This document shows positions 18,632 to 29,160 of a DNA stretch of 64,000 nt, piece by piece; the stretch's first letter is position 1; every line of letters begins with the position of its first letter. Below the pieces are notes generated by a model. It saw nothing but the letters and a program-made list of their open reading frames with translations, did no database searches and was not told the origin of the DNA. Made by a program: the position numbers and the translations under genes. Source of the DNA: an uncultured Dehalococcoidaceae bacterium (GTDB taxonomy: Bacteria; Chloroflexota; Dehalococcoidia; UBA2979). The stretch is taken from positions 11,696 to 75,695 of the forward strand of contig CAYPYF010000003.1 in assembly GCA_964414675.1 (NCBI GenBank), read 5' to 3'.

Positions 18632-19185
18632 ATACCGAGGTCATGGAGGCGCTGACTGCCTCCGGCGCATTCCTCAGCGGACACTTCCAGCTCTCGTCTG
18701 GCCGTCACTCGGACGCCTACGTGGAGAAGTTCAACCTCCTCCAGTGGCCGCACTACACCGAGCTCGTCTGCCGCAAGATGGCCGCATGGGGGCGCGAGTA
18801 TGCGCCGCGCACCGTCGCCGGCCCCACCACCGGTGGCGTCCTGCTGGCGTACGAGGTGGGCCGCCAGCTCGGCCTCCGCGGCATCTTCGCCGAGCGCGCG
18901 CCTGAGGGCGGGCGCTCCTTCCAGCGTGACTTCCGCCTCGAACCCGGCGAGCCGGTCATGGTCGTCGACGACATCACCTCGACCGGTGAGGCCGTCCTCG
19001 ACACCGTCGAGGCCGTGCGCAGGGCCGGCGGGACGCCGGTCTGCGCCGCCGTGATCGTGGACCGCTCCGGCGGCGCCATCGACGTCGGCGTGCCGCTCTA
19101 CTCGACGACGGAGATCACGATGCAGACGTGGGCGCCCGAGGACTGCCCGCTCTGCCCGCAGGGCGTCCCGCTCAAGATCACCTAG
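18622..19185 (+). CDS. pyrE: Orotate phosphoribosyltransferase
   Basis: PRPP-binding motif VMVVDDITSTGEA and full-length similarity. Confidence 0.85.
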   Translation: MVVDTEVMEALTASGAFLSGHFQLSSGRHSDAYVEKFNLLQWPHYTELVCRKMAAWGREYAPRTVAGPTTGGVLLAYEVGRQLGLRGIFAERAPEGGRSFQRDFRLEPGEPVMVVDDITSTGEAVLDTVEAVRRAGGTPVCAAVIVDRSGGAIDVGVPLYSTTEITMQTWAPEDCPLCPQGVPLKIT

Positions 19186-19205
19186 CCCCGTCGCTCGTTG
19201 GCTCG

Positions 19206-20009
19206 CTAGCCTCGCGTGATCGCAGGCACGATCACGGGCATCCCCGTGTCCGGGTGCGGTAGCACGCGCACGTGCGCGCCGTACACCGCCGCGACGTGCG
19301 AGGGCGCTAGCACCTCCTGCGGCGCGCCGGACGCCACGAGGCGTCCCCGGTGCATCAGCAACAGGCGGTCGCAGTAGGCCGCGGCAAACGTCAGGTCGTG
19401 CATCACGACGAGCACGCCGACGCCCGCCGTCGCGAGGTCGCGGAGCAGCTCCAGGATCTGCGCCTGCGCGTCGGCGTCGAGGTTGGCGGTGGGCTCGTCG
19501 AGGAGCAGCAGCCGCGGCTCCTGGGCCAGCGCCCGCGCGATGAACGCTCGCCGCCGCTCGCCGCCCGAGAGGGTCCCCAGCATCCGCTCGGCGAACGCGG
19601 CGCACCCCGTCCGCACCATCGCCGCGCGTACGATCTCGTGGTCGCGCTCGCTCTCACGGCGGAACAGGCCGAGGTGTGGGTAGCGCCCCAGCATCACGAG
19701 GTCGCCGACCGTCATGGAGAGCGGCGCCTCCGGCAGCTGCTGCACCACCGCAAGCGTCCGGTACAACTCGCCGCGCGGCACCTCGCTCAGCGCGCGCCCC
19801 TCGAGGCGCACCGTCCCGCTCGAGGCTCGGACGCCGGTTGCCGCGCGGAGCAGTGTGCTCTTCCCCGCCCCGTTCGGGCCCACCAGTCCGACGACCTCGC
19901 CTGCCTCGACGGTGACGTCGACATCCTCGACGAGCGTCCGGCCGTCGATCGTCACGGTGATGCCACGGACCTCGAGGAGTGGTGCGGCCACCGGCGTGAC
20001 GGCGGTCAC
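19206..20009 (-). CDS. ABC transporter ATP-binding protein (iron-siderophore/cobalamin FecE family)
   Basis: Walker A GPNGAGKST, signature LSGGERRR, Walker B LLLDEP. GTG start overlaps the permease stop (GTGA). Confidence 0.8.
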   Translation of the reverse strand: MTAVTPVAAPLLEVRGITVTIDGRTLVEDVDVTVEAGEVVGLVGPNGAGKSTLLRAATGVRASSGTVRLEGRALSEVPRGELYRTLAVVQQLPEAPLSMTVGDLVMLGRYPHLGLFRRESERDHEIVRAAMVRTGCAAFAERMLGTLSGGERRRAFIARALAQEPRLLLLDEPTANLDADAQAQILELLRDLATAGVGVLVVMHDLTFAAAYCDRLLLMHRGRLVASGAPQEVLAPSHVAAVYGAHVRVLPHPDTGMPVIVPAITRG

Positions 20010-21076
20010 AGGAACACCCGCCGTCCGCGCAGCAGCAGGATGAAGAACGGCCCGCCGAGGATCGCCGTGAGGACGCCCACCGGGATCTCCTGCGGCTGGA
20101 TCAGCGTCCGCGCCACCAGGTCCACGCCGATCAGCAGCGCCGCGCCGCCGAGGATCGTCACCGGTAGCGTCCGCCGGTAGTCCGTCCCGAACAGCAGCCG
20201 CGCGAGGTGCGGCACGATCAGCCCGAGGAACCCGATCACCCCGGCCACCGCCACGGCTGTCGCCGCCGCGAGTGATCCCGCCGCCAGCAGCACCAGCTTC
20301 GTCCGCAGCACGTTGATGCCCAGGTGGCTCGCCTGTTCCTCGTCCAGTTGCAGGACGTTCAGCGCCCGCGCATGCACGGCCACCACCGCGATCCCCACGG
20401 CCATGTACGGTGCGCCGAGGACCAGCTTCTGCCAGGAGACCGTGTTGAAGCCGCCGAAGAGGAAGGTGAGGATCGGCTGCGACACCGAACTCTCGCTGTT
20501 GATGATCACGAACGAGGTCACGCCACCCCAGACGGCGGAAAGCGCCACCCCGGCGAGGATCAGCGACCCGTTGTCCAGCGTCGCCGCCGTCCTCGCGGTC
20601 ATGTAGACGATCAACACCGTCCCCATCCCGCCGACGAACGCGAACAGCGGCAGCGCGACGAAGCCGGTGGACGAGACGGGGAACGGCGAGACGTACGCGA
20701 GGGCGACCGCGAGCCCGGCGCCCGCCGCCACACCGAGGAGGTACGGGTCCGCGAGGGGGTTCCGGAAGCAGCCCTGGTACGCCGACCCGGAGACCGCCAG
20801 CGCCGCGCCGACGAACCCGGCCGCGAGCACCCTCGGCAGCCGGATGTCGAAGACGATCCGCTCCCACGAGGCGACGTCCGCGCCGGTCGCGATGTCCACG
20901 AAGGGCAGCCGGTCCACCAGCATCCGGACGACCACCCCGAACGGGATGTCCGCTGCCCCCTGCGTGAGGGCGTAGAGCGCGACGAGCACGAGCGTGATCC
21001 CGAGGACGGCGATCCCCGGCACGGCGGGCACGCGGCGAGTCGGGGCGACGATGGCGGCAAGTTCGCGGGAGGCCAT
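20006..21076 (-). CDS. FecCD-family ABC transporter permease
   Basis: Multi-TM FecCD/BtuC-type sequence. Start assigned to the internal Met. Confidence 0.8.
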   Translation of the reverse strand: MASRELAAIVAPTRRVPAVPGIAVLGITLVLVALYALTQGAADIPFGVVVRMLVDRLPFVDIATGADVASWERIVFDIRLPRVLAAGFVGAALAVSGSAYQGCFRNPLADPYLLGVAAGAGLAVALAYVSPFPVSSTGFVALPLFAFVGGMGTVLIVYMTARTAATLDNGSLILAGVALSAVWGGVTSFVIINSESSVSQPILTFLFGGFNTVSWQKLVLGAPYMAVGIAVVAVHARALNVLQLDEEQASHLGINVLRTKLVLLAAGSLAAATAVAVAGVIGFLGLIVPHLARLLFGTDYRRTLPVTILGGAALLIGVDLVARTLIQPQEIPVGVLTAILGGPFFILLLRGRRVFL

Positions 21077-21366
21077 GGAGCCCTCGGAGCGCGGGACCAC
21101 CGAGGGCGAGCGTGTGCGCGACCGAGGCCGCGGACGCTTGCCGTCGCCTGTCCGCGCAGGGTCGACAAGGAGTTGCACGCCGGTCAGCGGTGCTCTGGCT
21201 CCCCGGTCGCGCCAAGGCGCGTGGGCCGGGTCACAGTTGCGGGACAGCGTCGGACTCACACCGACTTCCCCGATGACCGAACGCCGAGCAGTGTAGCACC
21301 GCCGCCGGGATGCCCCGGGGGATACTTTCTGGACAAGTAGTTACCCGAGAAGTAGCATCCCGCGCC

Positions 21367-21918
21367 ATGGACCAACGCGATCTACTGCCCGGCGAGTACG
21401 CGGCCCTGGGGCTCCTGGCCCTGGAGCCCGCCCACGGTTACGAGCTGCACCGCCGCTGGCAGGCGTCCCCGCTCGCCGAGGTGCTCCCGCTCGAGCAGAG
21501 CGTCCTCTACGGCTACCTCCGCACGCTCGACCGTCGAGGTCTCCTCGACTGGGAGGAGCACCGCGTCGGGAACCGGCCGCTTCGGAAGATCTACCGTCCA
21601 AGCGAACTCGGCGAGGAGTTCCTCCGCGCGTGGTTGCGCGCGCCGGTCCACCATCTCCGCGACGTCCGACTGGACTTCCTCCTCAAGTTGCACGTGGTGG
21701 GCCAGCTCGACCCGCGCTCCAAGACGTCGCTCCTCGATCGGCAGATCACGATCTGCGGACGCCTTCTCGAGGAAGCGACCGCGGCGCTCCGCGCCATCGA
21801 AGACGAGACCGACTTCACCGCGTTGTTTCAGCAATCTCGGATGTCCGCTGCTGGCGCGGCGTTGGTGTGGCTGCGGGGATACCGCGACCGCGAGAACAGG
21901 AAGGCGAACGCTTCATGA
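21367..21918 (+). CDS. PadR-family transcriptional regulator
   Basis: Winged-helix PadR motif (HGYELHRRW...SVLYGYLRTLDRRGLL). Confidence 0.75.
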   Translation: MDQRDLLPGEYAALGLLALEPAHGYELHRRWQASPLAEVLPLEQSVLYGYLRTLDRRGLLDWEEHRVGNRPLRKIYRPSELGEEFLRAWLRAPVHHLRDVRLDFLLKLHVVGQLDPRSKTSLLDRQITICGRLLEEATAALRAIEDETDFTALFQQSRMSAAGAALVWLRGYRDRENRKANAS

Positions 21919-22787
21919 CCACGGTCCGACGGTTCATTACCCTACTTGCCGTGCTGGCGCTGGTATTGCTGGGCGCATGCTCCGATGGGGACACGGCCAG
22001 CACGCCCACGGCCGAGGGTACGGCGTCGACCCCCGAGGCGACTGCTTCGTCAGTTGCCTCGGCGACTGAGACTGCCGCGCCGGCCGAACTGACCGGTCGG
22101 ATCGTGGTCTCCGCGGCATCGTCATTGACGGATGTCTTCACCGAACTGGCCGAGGCGTTCAGGGCTCAGCACAGCGGCGTCCAGGTTGACCTGAACTTCG
22201 CCAGTTCGTCCGCGCTCGCCGTCCAGATCGTGGAGGGCGCCCCGGCCGATGTCTTCGCCTCGGCGAACGCTGCGCAGATGCAGGTGGTGGTCGACGACGG
22301 AAAGGCGGAGGCGTCCGACATCTTCGCCCAGAACGAGATCGTCGTCGTGACCCCGCGGGGGCGCGGCCTCATCGCCGGGTTCGAGGACCTTGCGAGCGAC
22401 GGGATCCGCCTCGTCCTCGCCGGGCCGGAGGTGCCGGTCGGCGTCTACGCCCGCGAGGCGATCGCCGCGGCGGACGCGAGCATCGGCGGCGGGTTCGCGG
22501 ACGCGGTGCTCGCGAATGTCGTGAGCGAGGAGGCCAATGTCCGCGCCGTCCTCGCGAAGGTCGAGCTCGGCGAGGCGGACGCGGGGATCGTCTACGCGAC
22601 GGACGCGGCGGTCGCCGGGGACGCTGTCGAGATGTACCGCTTCCCCTCGGAGTTCGCGCCCCCTGCCGAGTATGTGATCGCCGCGCTCACCAATACCCCC
22701 GAGGCTGCGGCCGCGTTCGTCGAGTTCGTGCTGTCCGAGGCCGGCCAGGCGATCCTCGAGCGGCACGGGTTCAGCCGGGCGGGTTGA
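21915..22787 (+). CDS. modA: Molybdate ABC transporter substrate-binding lipoprotein
   Basis: Lipobox LLGACS and ModA-type binding protein. It precedes modB and modC. Confidence 0.8.
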   Translation: MTTVRRFITLLAVLALVLLGACSDGDTASTPTAEGTASTPEATASSVASATETAAPAELTGRIVVSAASSLTDVFTELAEAFRAQHSGVQVDLNFASSSALAVQIVEGAPADVFASANAAQMQVVVDDGKAEASDIFAQNEIVVVTPRGRGLIAGFEDLASDGIRLVLAGPEVPVGVYAREAIAAADASIGGGFADAVLANVVSEEANVRAVLAKVELGEADAGIVYATDAAVAGDAVEMYRFPSEFAPPAEYVIAALTNTPEAAAAFVEFVLSEAGQAILERHGFSRAG

Positions 22788-23608
22788 TGACGCTCCGCTC
22801 GCCGCGCGCGGACCTCGTCGGCCTCGCGTTGCTCCTGGTGCTCGGGTTGGTGTTCGCCCTGATCTTCGCGCTCCCCCTGGTGGGGCTGAGCGTGCGCGCC
22901 GCCTCCGACGGTCGTGTCTGGGAGCTCGCCACGTCTGGCCCCGTCAGGAGCGCGCTCGTCCTCTCGCTGTGGACCGCGACGCTGTCGACGGTCCTCGCCG
23001 TCGTCCTCGGGACGCCGGTCGCCTACTGGCTGGCACGCACCCGCGTCCGCGCGCGCGCGGCGCTCGATGCGCTCGTCGACCTGCCGATCGTGCTGCCACC
23101 GACCGTCGCTGGCGTCGCCCTGCTCACCGCCTTCGGGTCGCAGGGGTTGGTCGGTAAACCGCTCGCGGACCTCACCGGGATCCGCCTCACGTTCACCGCA
23201 ACGGCCGTCGTCATGGCGCAACTGCTCGTCGCCGCGCCGTTCTACGTCCGCGCGGCACGCAGCGGCTTCGCCGCCGTCGACCCGCAGCTCGAGCGCGTCG
23301 CCTACACGCTGGGCGCGTCGCGCATCGAGACGTTCGTCCGCATCACCGTGCCCCAGGCACGCGGCGCGATCCTCGCCGGCGTCGTCCTCTGCTGGGCGCG
23401 CGCCCTCGGCGAGCTCGGCGCGACGCTGATCTTCGCCGGCAGCCTCGAGGGCCGCACGCGCACGATGCCCCTCGCGATCATCGACGCGTTCGAGCGCTCC
23501 ACGCTCGGCCTCTCCGGCGCGGTGAGCATGTCCCTCGTGCTGCTCGCCGTCGCGTTCGTCGTGCTGGTGGTGTTCCGCCTCGCCACGCCCGGAGCGCCTA
23601 ACCGATGA
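22784..23608 (+). CDS. modB: Molybdate ABC transporter permease
   Basis: ABC-type inner-membrane permease signature region (...FAGSLE... context). Confidence 0.8.
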   Translation: MMTLRSPRADLVGLALLLVLGLVFALIFALPLVGLSVRAASDGRVWELATSGPVRSALVLSLWTATLSTVLAVVLGTPVAYWLARTRVRARAALDALVDLPIVLPPTVAGVALLTAFGSQGLVGKPLADLTGIRLTFTATAVVMAQLLVAAPFYVRAARSGFAAVDPQLERVAYTLGASRIETFVRITVPQARGAILAGVVLCWARALGELGATLIFAGSLEGRTRTMPLAIIDAFERSTLGLSGAVSMSLVLLAVAFVVLVVFRLATPGAPNR

Positions 23609-24714
23609 GCGCGCTCCGCTACGAAGCGAGCCTGCGCCTCGGCGCGTTCCAGTACGACGCGGCCTTCGAGGCGGACGGCGAGGTCGTCGTCCTCTTCGGC
23701 CACTCCGGCGCAGGCAAGAGCCTGACGCTGCAGGCGTCGGCCGGGCTGCTCACCCCCAACTCCGGCCACATCGAGATCGCAGGCCGCACGGTCTTCGACA
23801 GCGCTGCCGGAGTCGATGTCCCACCGCAGGGCCGCAATGTCGGCTATGTCGTCCAGGAACTGGCGCTCTTCCCCCACATGACCGTGCTGGAGAACGTCGC
23901 CTTCGGCGTGAGCGGGGCTCGCGCCGAACGCACCCGGACCGCGCGCGGGCTGCTGCATCGACTGGGCCTCGAGGGCTACGACGACCGCAGTCCCGGATCG
24001 CTCTCCGGGGGGCAGCGCCAGCGCGTCGCCCTTGCCCGGGCGCTGGCGCGCGACGTGCCGCTGCTGCTCCTCGACGAGCCGTTCTCAGCCCTTGACTCAT
24101 CGCTGCGCCGCACCCTGCGCGCCGAGCTGCTGCGGCTGCGCGCCGAACTCGGCCTGACCGTCGTCTTCGTGACGCACGACCTTCGCGAGGCCCACCTGCT
24201 CGCCGACCGGCTCGCGGTGTTCGACCAGGGACGCATCCTCCAGTTCGACCGGCGCGAGGAGGTGTTCCGCCGTCCCGCCTCCCGGCGCGTCGCCGAGTTG
24301 ACCGGTGTGAGCAACGTGATGGAGGCGCGCGTCCTCGATCGGTTCGACGGCGGACTCCACGTCGATGTCGACGGCCTGGTGCTGCGCGTCGCCGACCCGG
24401 GGTGGCGTCCGTCGCCTGGGGAGCGGGTGGAACTGGCGCTCCGCGCGGAGCGCGTGAACCTGCGCCGCGTGGCGTCCGAGGAACAGGGAGCGACGAACCT
24501 CCTTGCCGCCGAGGTCATCGAGGAGCACGCGTACGGCGCGGGCCACACGCTGCGCTTCCGCCCGCTGGGCGTCGGGCCGCACCTGGAGGTCGATCTGCCC
24601 TCGCGGCCGTACGAGGTGCTCGGCGTCCAGGACCGGCGACGGTGGACGCTGGAGCTACCGCCGGAGGATCTGCACGTCATGCGTCCGGACGAGGGCGCCG
24701 GCGCGACGTCCTAG
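23605..24714 (+). CDS. modC: Molybdate ABC transporter ATP-binding protein with C-terminal TOBE/MOP domain
   Basis: Walker A GHSGAGKS, LSGGQRQR, LLLDEP, plus a C-terminal Mo-binding TOBE region. Confidence 0.8.
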   Translation: MSALRYEASLRLGAFQYDAAFEADGEVVVLFGHSGAGKSLTLQASAGLLTPNSGHIEIAGRTVFDSAAGVDVPPQGRNVGYVVQELALFPHMTVLENVAFGVSGARAERTRTARGLLHRLGLEGYDDRSPGSLSGGQRQRVALARALARDVPLLLLDEPFSALDSSLRRTLRAELLRLRAELGLTVVFVTHDLREAHLLADRLAVFDQGRILQFDRREEVFRRPASRRVAELTGVSNVMEARVLDRFDGGLHVDVDGLVLRVADPGWRPSPGERVELALRAERVNLRRVASEEQGATNLLAAEVIEEHAYGAGHTLRFRPLGVGPHLEVDLPSRPYEVLGVQDRRRWTLELPPEDLHVMRPDEGAGATS

Positions 24715-26141
24715 CCGAACGCGCCGCCGTTCTGCTCGAAGAGGTACTGGACGCACAGCTGGTAGAACTCGTCCCGTGGCTGGCGGCGGCGCGCCTCCTC
24801 CATCTCGCCAAGGGCCTCCGACCAGTCCTCGGGGTTCTGCACCAGCAGCCCGAACGCCCGCACGGCGTGCGCGGCGGCGAGGTCGGGTGCGAGGGCGAGT
24901 GCACGCTCGCTGTAGTCCAGCGTCCACGCGGCCGTGGCGTCGGCCCAGCTGCCCTCGGCGACGGTGCCCGCGATCAGCGGCCCGTTCGGGTCGAGCGCGA
25001 CGGCTGGCTCGTACGGCCGCATGAGGTCTACCGCGGCCTCGTACTCACCGGCCAGGATGTTGGTCATGAACGGCTGCTGGTCGGCGCCGGCATCCGCGAG
25101 GCGTGGCTCCGCGACGCGCTCGATCAGCGTGTACAGCCAGAACACGTCCATGTTCTTCGGGTCCGCGTTCCGCGCCTCCGTCACGGTCCTCAGGGCGTGT
25201 GCCCAGAGGTCGGCCTGGGCGAGGAGGGCGGCGGCCTCGGTGAGGTCCGTGATGAGCTGGTCGTTGGCCGCCACCCCGGCCAGCGGAACCTCCACGAGCT
25301 GGCCCTCGACCCAGCGGTAGATGACCTCGTGCCAGGCGCGGACGCCGCACGCGTAGCAGTAGACATAAGGGTCCGTCGCGTTGAGGACGATCTCGGGCGG
25401 GTCGACGCCGTCGAGGTCGACGATCGTCGCGGCGCCGGGCATGGAGCTGAACCACCAGACCGAGGACGTCAGGTCGACGCCGTCGAACTGCAGCAGCTCG
25501 AACGTACCGCTGTGGGCGCCGGTGAACCCGTGGACCGCGATCCAGGACGAGCCCTCGTACTCGTCCGCGACGACCTCGACCTCGGCCACGGTCGGGCCGG
25601 ACTCCAGCGTGAGGTTGGACAGCTCCACCCAGTCGTCGCCGCTCTGCTCGTAGATCGCGGCGACGTGCTCGCGCGCCTCCGGGAGGTCGTAGATCCCGGC
25701 GCCCGAGGTGACCGCGACACGGAGCGTCCGGCCCTCCGCCTCGATCGGCGCTGTCACGACCTCGATCCCCTGGAGCGCCTGGCGCGTCTCGTCCGGGGCG
25801 AGCCCGGTCGTCAGGCTGCTCAGCAGGCTGCGGCGCAGCGCGGCCTCGGGATCGCCGGGCGCGCTGGTGGCGGTGAGGCTCGCGGTCGCGGTCTCGGTGG
25901 TGCCGCCGGGGACGGTACCCGTGGACGAAGGCGTATTGGGAGGCTCCGTCGCCGTGCTTGAGCTCGTGCCCGTGCTGGTCGCGGTGCCGGAGGCGTCCCC
26001 CGCCGTCGGATCGATGTCCGGGTTGGCACACGCCACCGCACCCAGTGCGACAACGGCGATCGCCGTCGCGGCTGCGAGGCGGACGCCGAAGCGTCCCAGG
26101 CGGCCAATATGGCCAGTACGGGGGGTGAGGTGCGTGATCAT
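24711..26141 (-). CDS. Hypothetical lipoprotein with Ser/Thr-rich linker
   Basis: Signal peptide with lipobox LGAVAC and an S/T-rich low-complexity stretch. No recognised family. Confidence 0.5.
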   Translation of the reverse strand: MITHLTPRTGHIGRLGRFGVRLAAATAIAVVALGAVACANPDIDPTAGDASGTATSTGTSSSTATEPPNTPSSTGTVPGGTTETATASLTATSAPGDPEAALRRSLLSSLTTGLAPDETRQALQGIEVVTAPIEAEGRTLRVAVTSGAGIYDLPEAREHVAAIYEQSGDDWVELSNLTLESGPTVAEVEVVADEYEGSSWIAVHGFTGAHSGTFELLQFDGVDLTSSVWWFSSMPGAATIVDLDGVDPPEIVLNATDPYVYCYACGVRAWHEVIYRWVEGQLVEVPLAGVAANDQLITDLTEAAALLAQADLWAHALRTVTEARNADPKNMDVFWLYTLIERVAEPRLADAGADQQPFMTNILAGEYEAAVDLMRPYEPAVALDPNGPLIAGTVAEGSWADATAAWTLDYSERALALAPDLAAAHAVRAFGLLVQNPEDWSEALGEMEEARRRQPRDEFYQLCVQYLFEQNGGAFG

Positions 26142-26223
26142 GAACTTCTATGGTCGCGCCCGCGCGGCTACGCGCCATAGTCCACGTGCCTCGGTAGCGA
26201 CGTGTCCGTTAGGGGCAGGGATG

Positions 26224-27225
26224 CTAGTGGGCGAGGAGCAGCGCGCGCTCCTCGGGCGTGAGCGGGGGCGCCGAGTGCAGCTCGCGGAGGCGGTCGATCC
26301 GGTCGGGGAGGGCTGGATGGGTCGCCCAGATCGAGGTCGCGCGCTCCTCGAACTTCCGGATGGGGTTCACGATGTACAGGTGTTGGGTGGAGCGGTTCGC
26401 GACCTCCAGCACCTCGCGGTCGGCCCCCAGCTTCCACAGCGCGTTCTCGATCCCTACGGGGTTGCGCGTCAGCTCCACCGCCGTCGCGTCGGCAAGGTAC
26501 TCCCGCTGCCGGCTCACCGACATCTGTACGAGGCGTGCCGCGATGGGTGCGAGGATCGCGAGGACGATCGCGAGCACGAACATCACGATCTGGATCGCCC
26601 CGCCCCCGCTGTCCCGGGAGCCGCCTCGGCGTCCGCGGCCGAAGAACAGGCTGTACCGCAGGAACATGTCGGCCACCAGGGCGACACCGCCCACCAGCAC
26701 GCCGATCAGCAGCATGAAGCGGATGTCGTAGTTCCGGACGTGTCCGAGCTCGTGCGCGATCACGCCCTGGAGTTCCTCGCGGTCGAGACGGTCGAGGAGC
26801 CCCTCGGTCACGGCGATCGACGCGTGTTCAGGGTCGCGGCCCGTGGCAAAGGCGTTCAGGGCGGTATCCGGGATCGTGTAGACCTTCGGCATCGGCAGGT
26901 TCGCCGCCAGGCACATCTCCTGCACCACGTTCATCAGCACCGGGTGGGACGCCTCGGTCACCGGTTGCGCCCTTGAGGCGGCGAGCACGGCGCGGTCGCC
27001 GCCGTAGTACGAGCCCATCCCGAGGACGACGGCGAGGATCACGGCGATCACGGTGAAGCCGAGTCCGCCGAACGGGTCGCCGGTGGTCCCGAACCCGATC
27101 GCGAACCCGAAGACGCCGAGGAGCAGGCCGACGCTCAGCAGCAGCAGGATCGACTTCCGTCGGTTCGCCGCCTGCTGGGCGAAGAAGGTGCTACGGCCGG
27201 CCATGGGGCGCTCGCGCGGCGGCAC
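26224..27225 (-). CDS. htpX: Zinc metalloprotease HtpX (M48 peptidase)
   Basis: HELGH zinc motif with TM helices. Confidence 0.85.
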   Translation of the reverse strand: MPPRERPMAGRSTFFAQQAANRRKSILLLLSVGLLLGVFGFAIGFGTTGDPFGGLGFTVIAVILAVVLGMGSYYGGDRAVLAASRAQPVTEASHPVLMNVVQEMCLAANLPMPKVYTIPDTALNAFATGRDPEHASIAVTEGLLDRLDREELQGVIAHELGHVRNYDIRFMLLIGVLVGGVALVADMFLRYSLFFGRGRRGGSRDSGGGAIQIVMFVLAIVLAILAPIAARLVQMSVSRQREYLADATAVELTRNPVGIENALWKLGADREVLEVANRSTQHLYIVNPIRKFEERATSIWATHPALPDRIDRLRELHSAPPLTPEERALLLAH

Positions 27226-27240
27226 TCCCGAGGGAGCGCG

Positions 27241-27807
27241 CTAGCGGAGCTGGACCTCCGGGACCTCGCGCGCGGCGTCCTCAGCCTCGAAGAAGTCGCG
27301 CTTGGTGAAGCCGAACACACCCGCGATGAAGACCGCGGGCACGGTGGCGATCGCCGTGTTGTAGTCCCGGACGGTCGCGTTGTAGTGCTGGCGCGAGAAC
27401 GAGATCTGGTTCTCGGTGGTGCTCAGCTCTTCCTGCAGGCTCATGACGTTCTGGCTGGCCTTCAGGTCCGGGTAGTTCTCCATCACCGCGAACAGCGAGC
27501 GCAGCGTGCCGGTCAGGGCGTTCTCCGCGTCCGCCTGGTCGGCCGGCCCTCGGGCCCCTGCCGCAACGGCGTCCGCGCGGGCCTGGGTCACCCTCGTGAG
27601 GGTCTCCTCTTCGAACTCCATGTAGCCGCGGACGGCGTTCACGAGGTTCGGGATCAGGTCATGACGTCGCTTCAGTTGCACGTCGATCTGCGACCAGGCT
27701 TCGTCCACGCGCAGCCGGCGCTGGACGAGCCCGTTGTAGAGCGCGACCACGAAGAGGGCGATGAGCACCACGATGCCCAGCACCACGAGCAGGACGATGA
27801 CTTCCAT
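27241..27807 (-). CDS. LemA family protein
   Basis: N-terminal TM helix followed by LemA-type sequence. Confidence 0.75.
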   Translation of the reverse strand: MEVIVLLVVLGIVVLIALFVVALYNGLVQRRLRVDEAWSQIDVQLKRRHDLIPNLVNAVRGYMEFEEETLTRVTQARADAVAAGARGPADQADAENALTGTLRSLFAVMENYPDLKASQNVMSLQEELSTTENQISFSRQHYNATVRDYNTAIATVPAVFIAGVFGFTKRDFFEAEDAAREVPEVQLR

Positions 27808-27951
27808 GCCGACTCCCGTACGAGCGGACGCACCTGAGCGTCACACCGAGGATAGCGCGCGGCCCGGCCGGCGCGTCTCTCTTGAGGAGGATTCACCTTA
27901 CCGGAGGCGATCCTGGCATGCGTAGAATCGGCCGATGCTGGTGAGCGCTCG

Positions 27952-29160
27952 GTGAATGCCCCACGGTTGGTGGTCGAGGAACGCGGCTCACCGCTCGAGG
28001 TCTTCCTCGTCGCGCTACGCCTGGGCCTGACCTCCTTTGGCGGTCCCGTCGCCCACCTCGGCTACTTCCACCACGAGTACGTCGTCCGCCGTGCCTGGCT
28101 CGATGAGCGTCGCTATGCCGACCTGCTCGCGCTCTGCCAGTTCCTGCCCGGCCCCGCCAGCAGCCAGGTCGGGATCGCCGTCGGGACGGTGCGCGCCGGG
28201 TACCTCGGCGGGTTCCTCGCGTGGCTCGGGTTCACGCTCCCCTCCGCCGCGGCGCTGATCGCCTTCGCGCTGCTCGTCGGCTCCGTGGACGTCGAGGACG
28301 CCGGCTGGCTGCACGGCCTGAAGCTGGCCGCGGTCGCCGTCGTCGCCCAGGCCGTCTGGGGCATGGCTCGCACCCTCGCGATCGGGCGCGCTCGCGCCAC
28401 CATCGCCATCCTCGCGGCCGTCGTCGTCCTCGTCGCGGCGAACGCCCTCGCCCAGGTGGTCGTGATCGTCGCGGGGGGCCTCGTCGGCGTCGTGCTGTTC
28501 CGAGACGATGTCGCCACCGGCGGTGACGCGGTGGAGCCATCCACCCGTCGAGGGCACGGCGTCGCGTGGCTCGCGCTCTTCCTCGTCGGGTTCGTTGGGC
28601 TGCCGGTGCTCGCCGCGACGCTCGACCTCCGCGCCGTGGAGGTCGTCGACGCCTTCTACCGCGCAGGCTCGCTCGTCTTCGGTGGTGGGCACGTGGTGCT
28701 TCCGCTGATCGAGCAGGAGGTCGTCCCGCCGGGATGGCTGGACGCGGACACCTTCATCGCCGGGTACGGCGCCGCGCAGGCCGTGCCGGGCCCGCTGTTC
28801 ACGTTCGCCGCGTACCTCGGCGCGGCGTTCGAGGTGGAGCCGAACGGCCTCGCCGGAGGTCTCCTCGCGCTCGGCGCGATCTTCCTGCCCTCGTTCTTCC
28901 TCGTCTGGGGAGTGCTGCCGTTCTGGGACCGCCTGCGGGGTGTCCCGTCCGTGCGGTCGGCGCTCGTCGGTGTTGGCGCCGCCGTCGTCGGGATCCTCGC
29001 GGCGGCGCTCTACGACCCGGTGTGGACCAGCGCGGTGTTCGATGCGCGTGACCTCGCGCTCGTGCTCGTCGCATTCGGGCTGCTCGTCGCGTGGAAGGCG
29101 CCACCGTGGCTGGTCGTGCTCTTCGCGGCTGCGGGCGGGGAGGTCTTAACGCGACTTTGA
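27952..29160 (+). CDS. chrA: Chromate transporter
   Basis: Duplicated CHR domain (LGLTSFGGP... repeated). Confidence 0.8.
   Translation: MNAPRLVVEERGSPLEVFLVALRLGLTSFGGPVAHLGYFHHEYVVRRAWLDERRYADLLALCQFLPGPASSQVGIAVGTVRAGYLGGFLAWLGFTLPSAAALIAFALLVGSVDVEDAGWLHGLKLAAVAVVAQAVWGMARTLAIGRARATIAILAAVVVLVAANALAQVVVIVAGGLVGVVLFRDDVATGGDAVEPSTRRGHGVAWLALFLVGFVGLPVLAATLDLRAVEVVDAFYRAGSLVFGGGHVVLPLIEQEVVPPGWLDADTFIAGYGAAQAVPGPLFTFAAYLGAAFEVEPNGLAGGLLALGAIFLPSFFLVWGVLPFWDRLRGVPSVRSALVGVGAAVVGILAAALYDPVWTSAVFDARDLALVLVAFGLLVAWKAPPWLVVLFAAAGGEVLTRL

Noticed and set aside
19206-21215. 669-aa single ORF covering both the ABC ATPase and part of the permease region
   Set aside because: The upstream portion is in a different frame from the real permease (20006-21076) and has no family resemblance. 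The ATPase domain begins at the GTG at 20009, which overlaps the permease stop.
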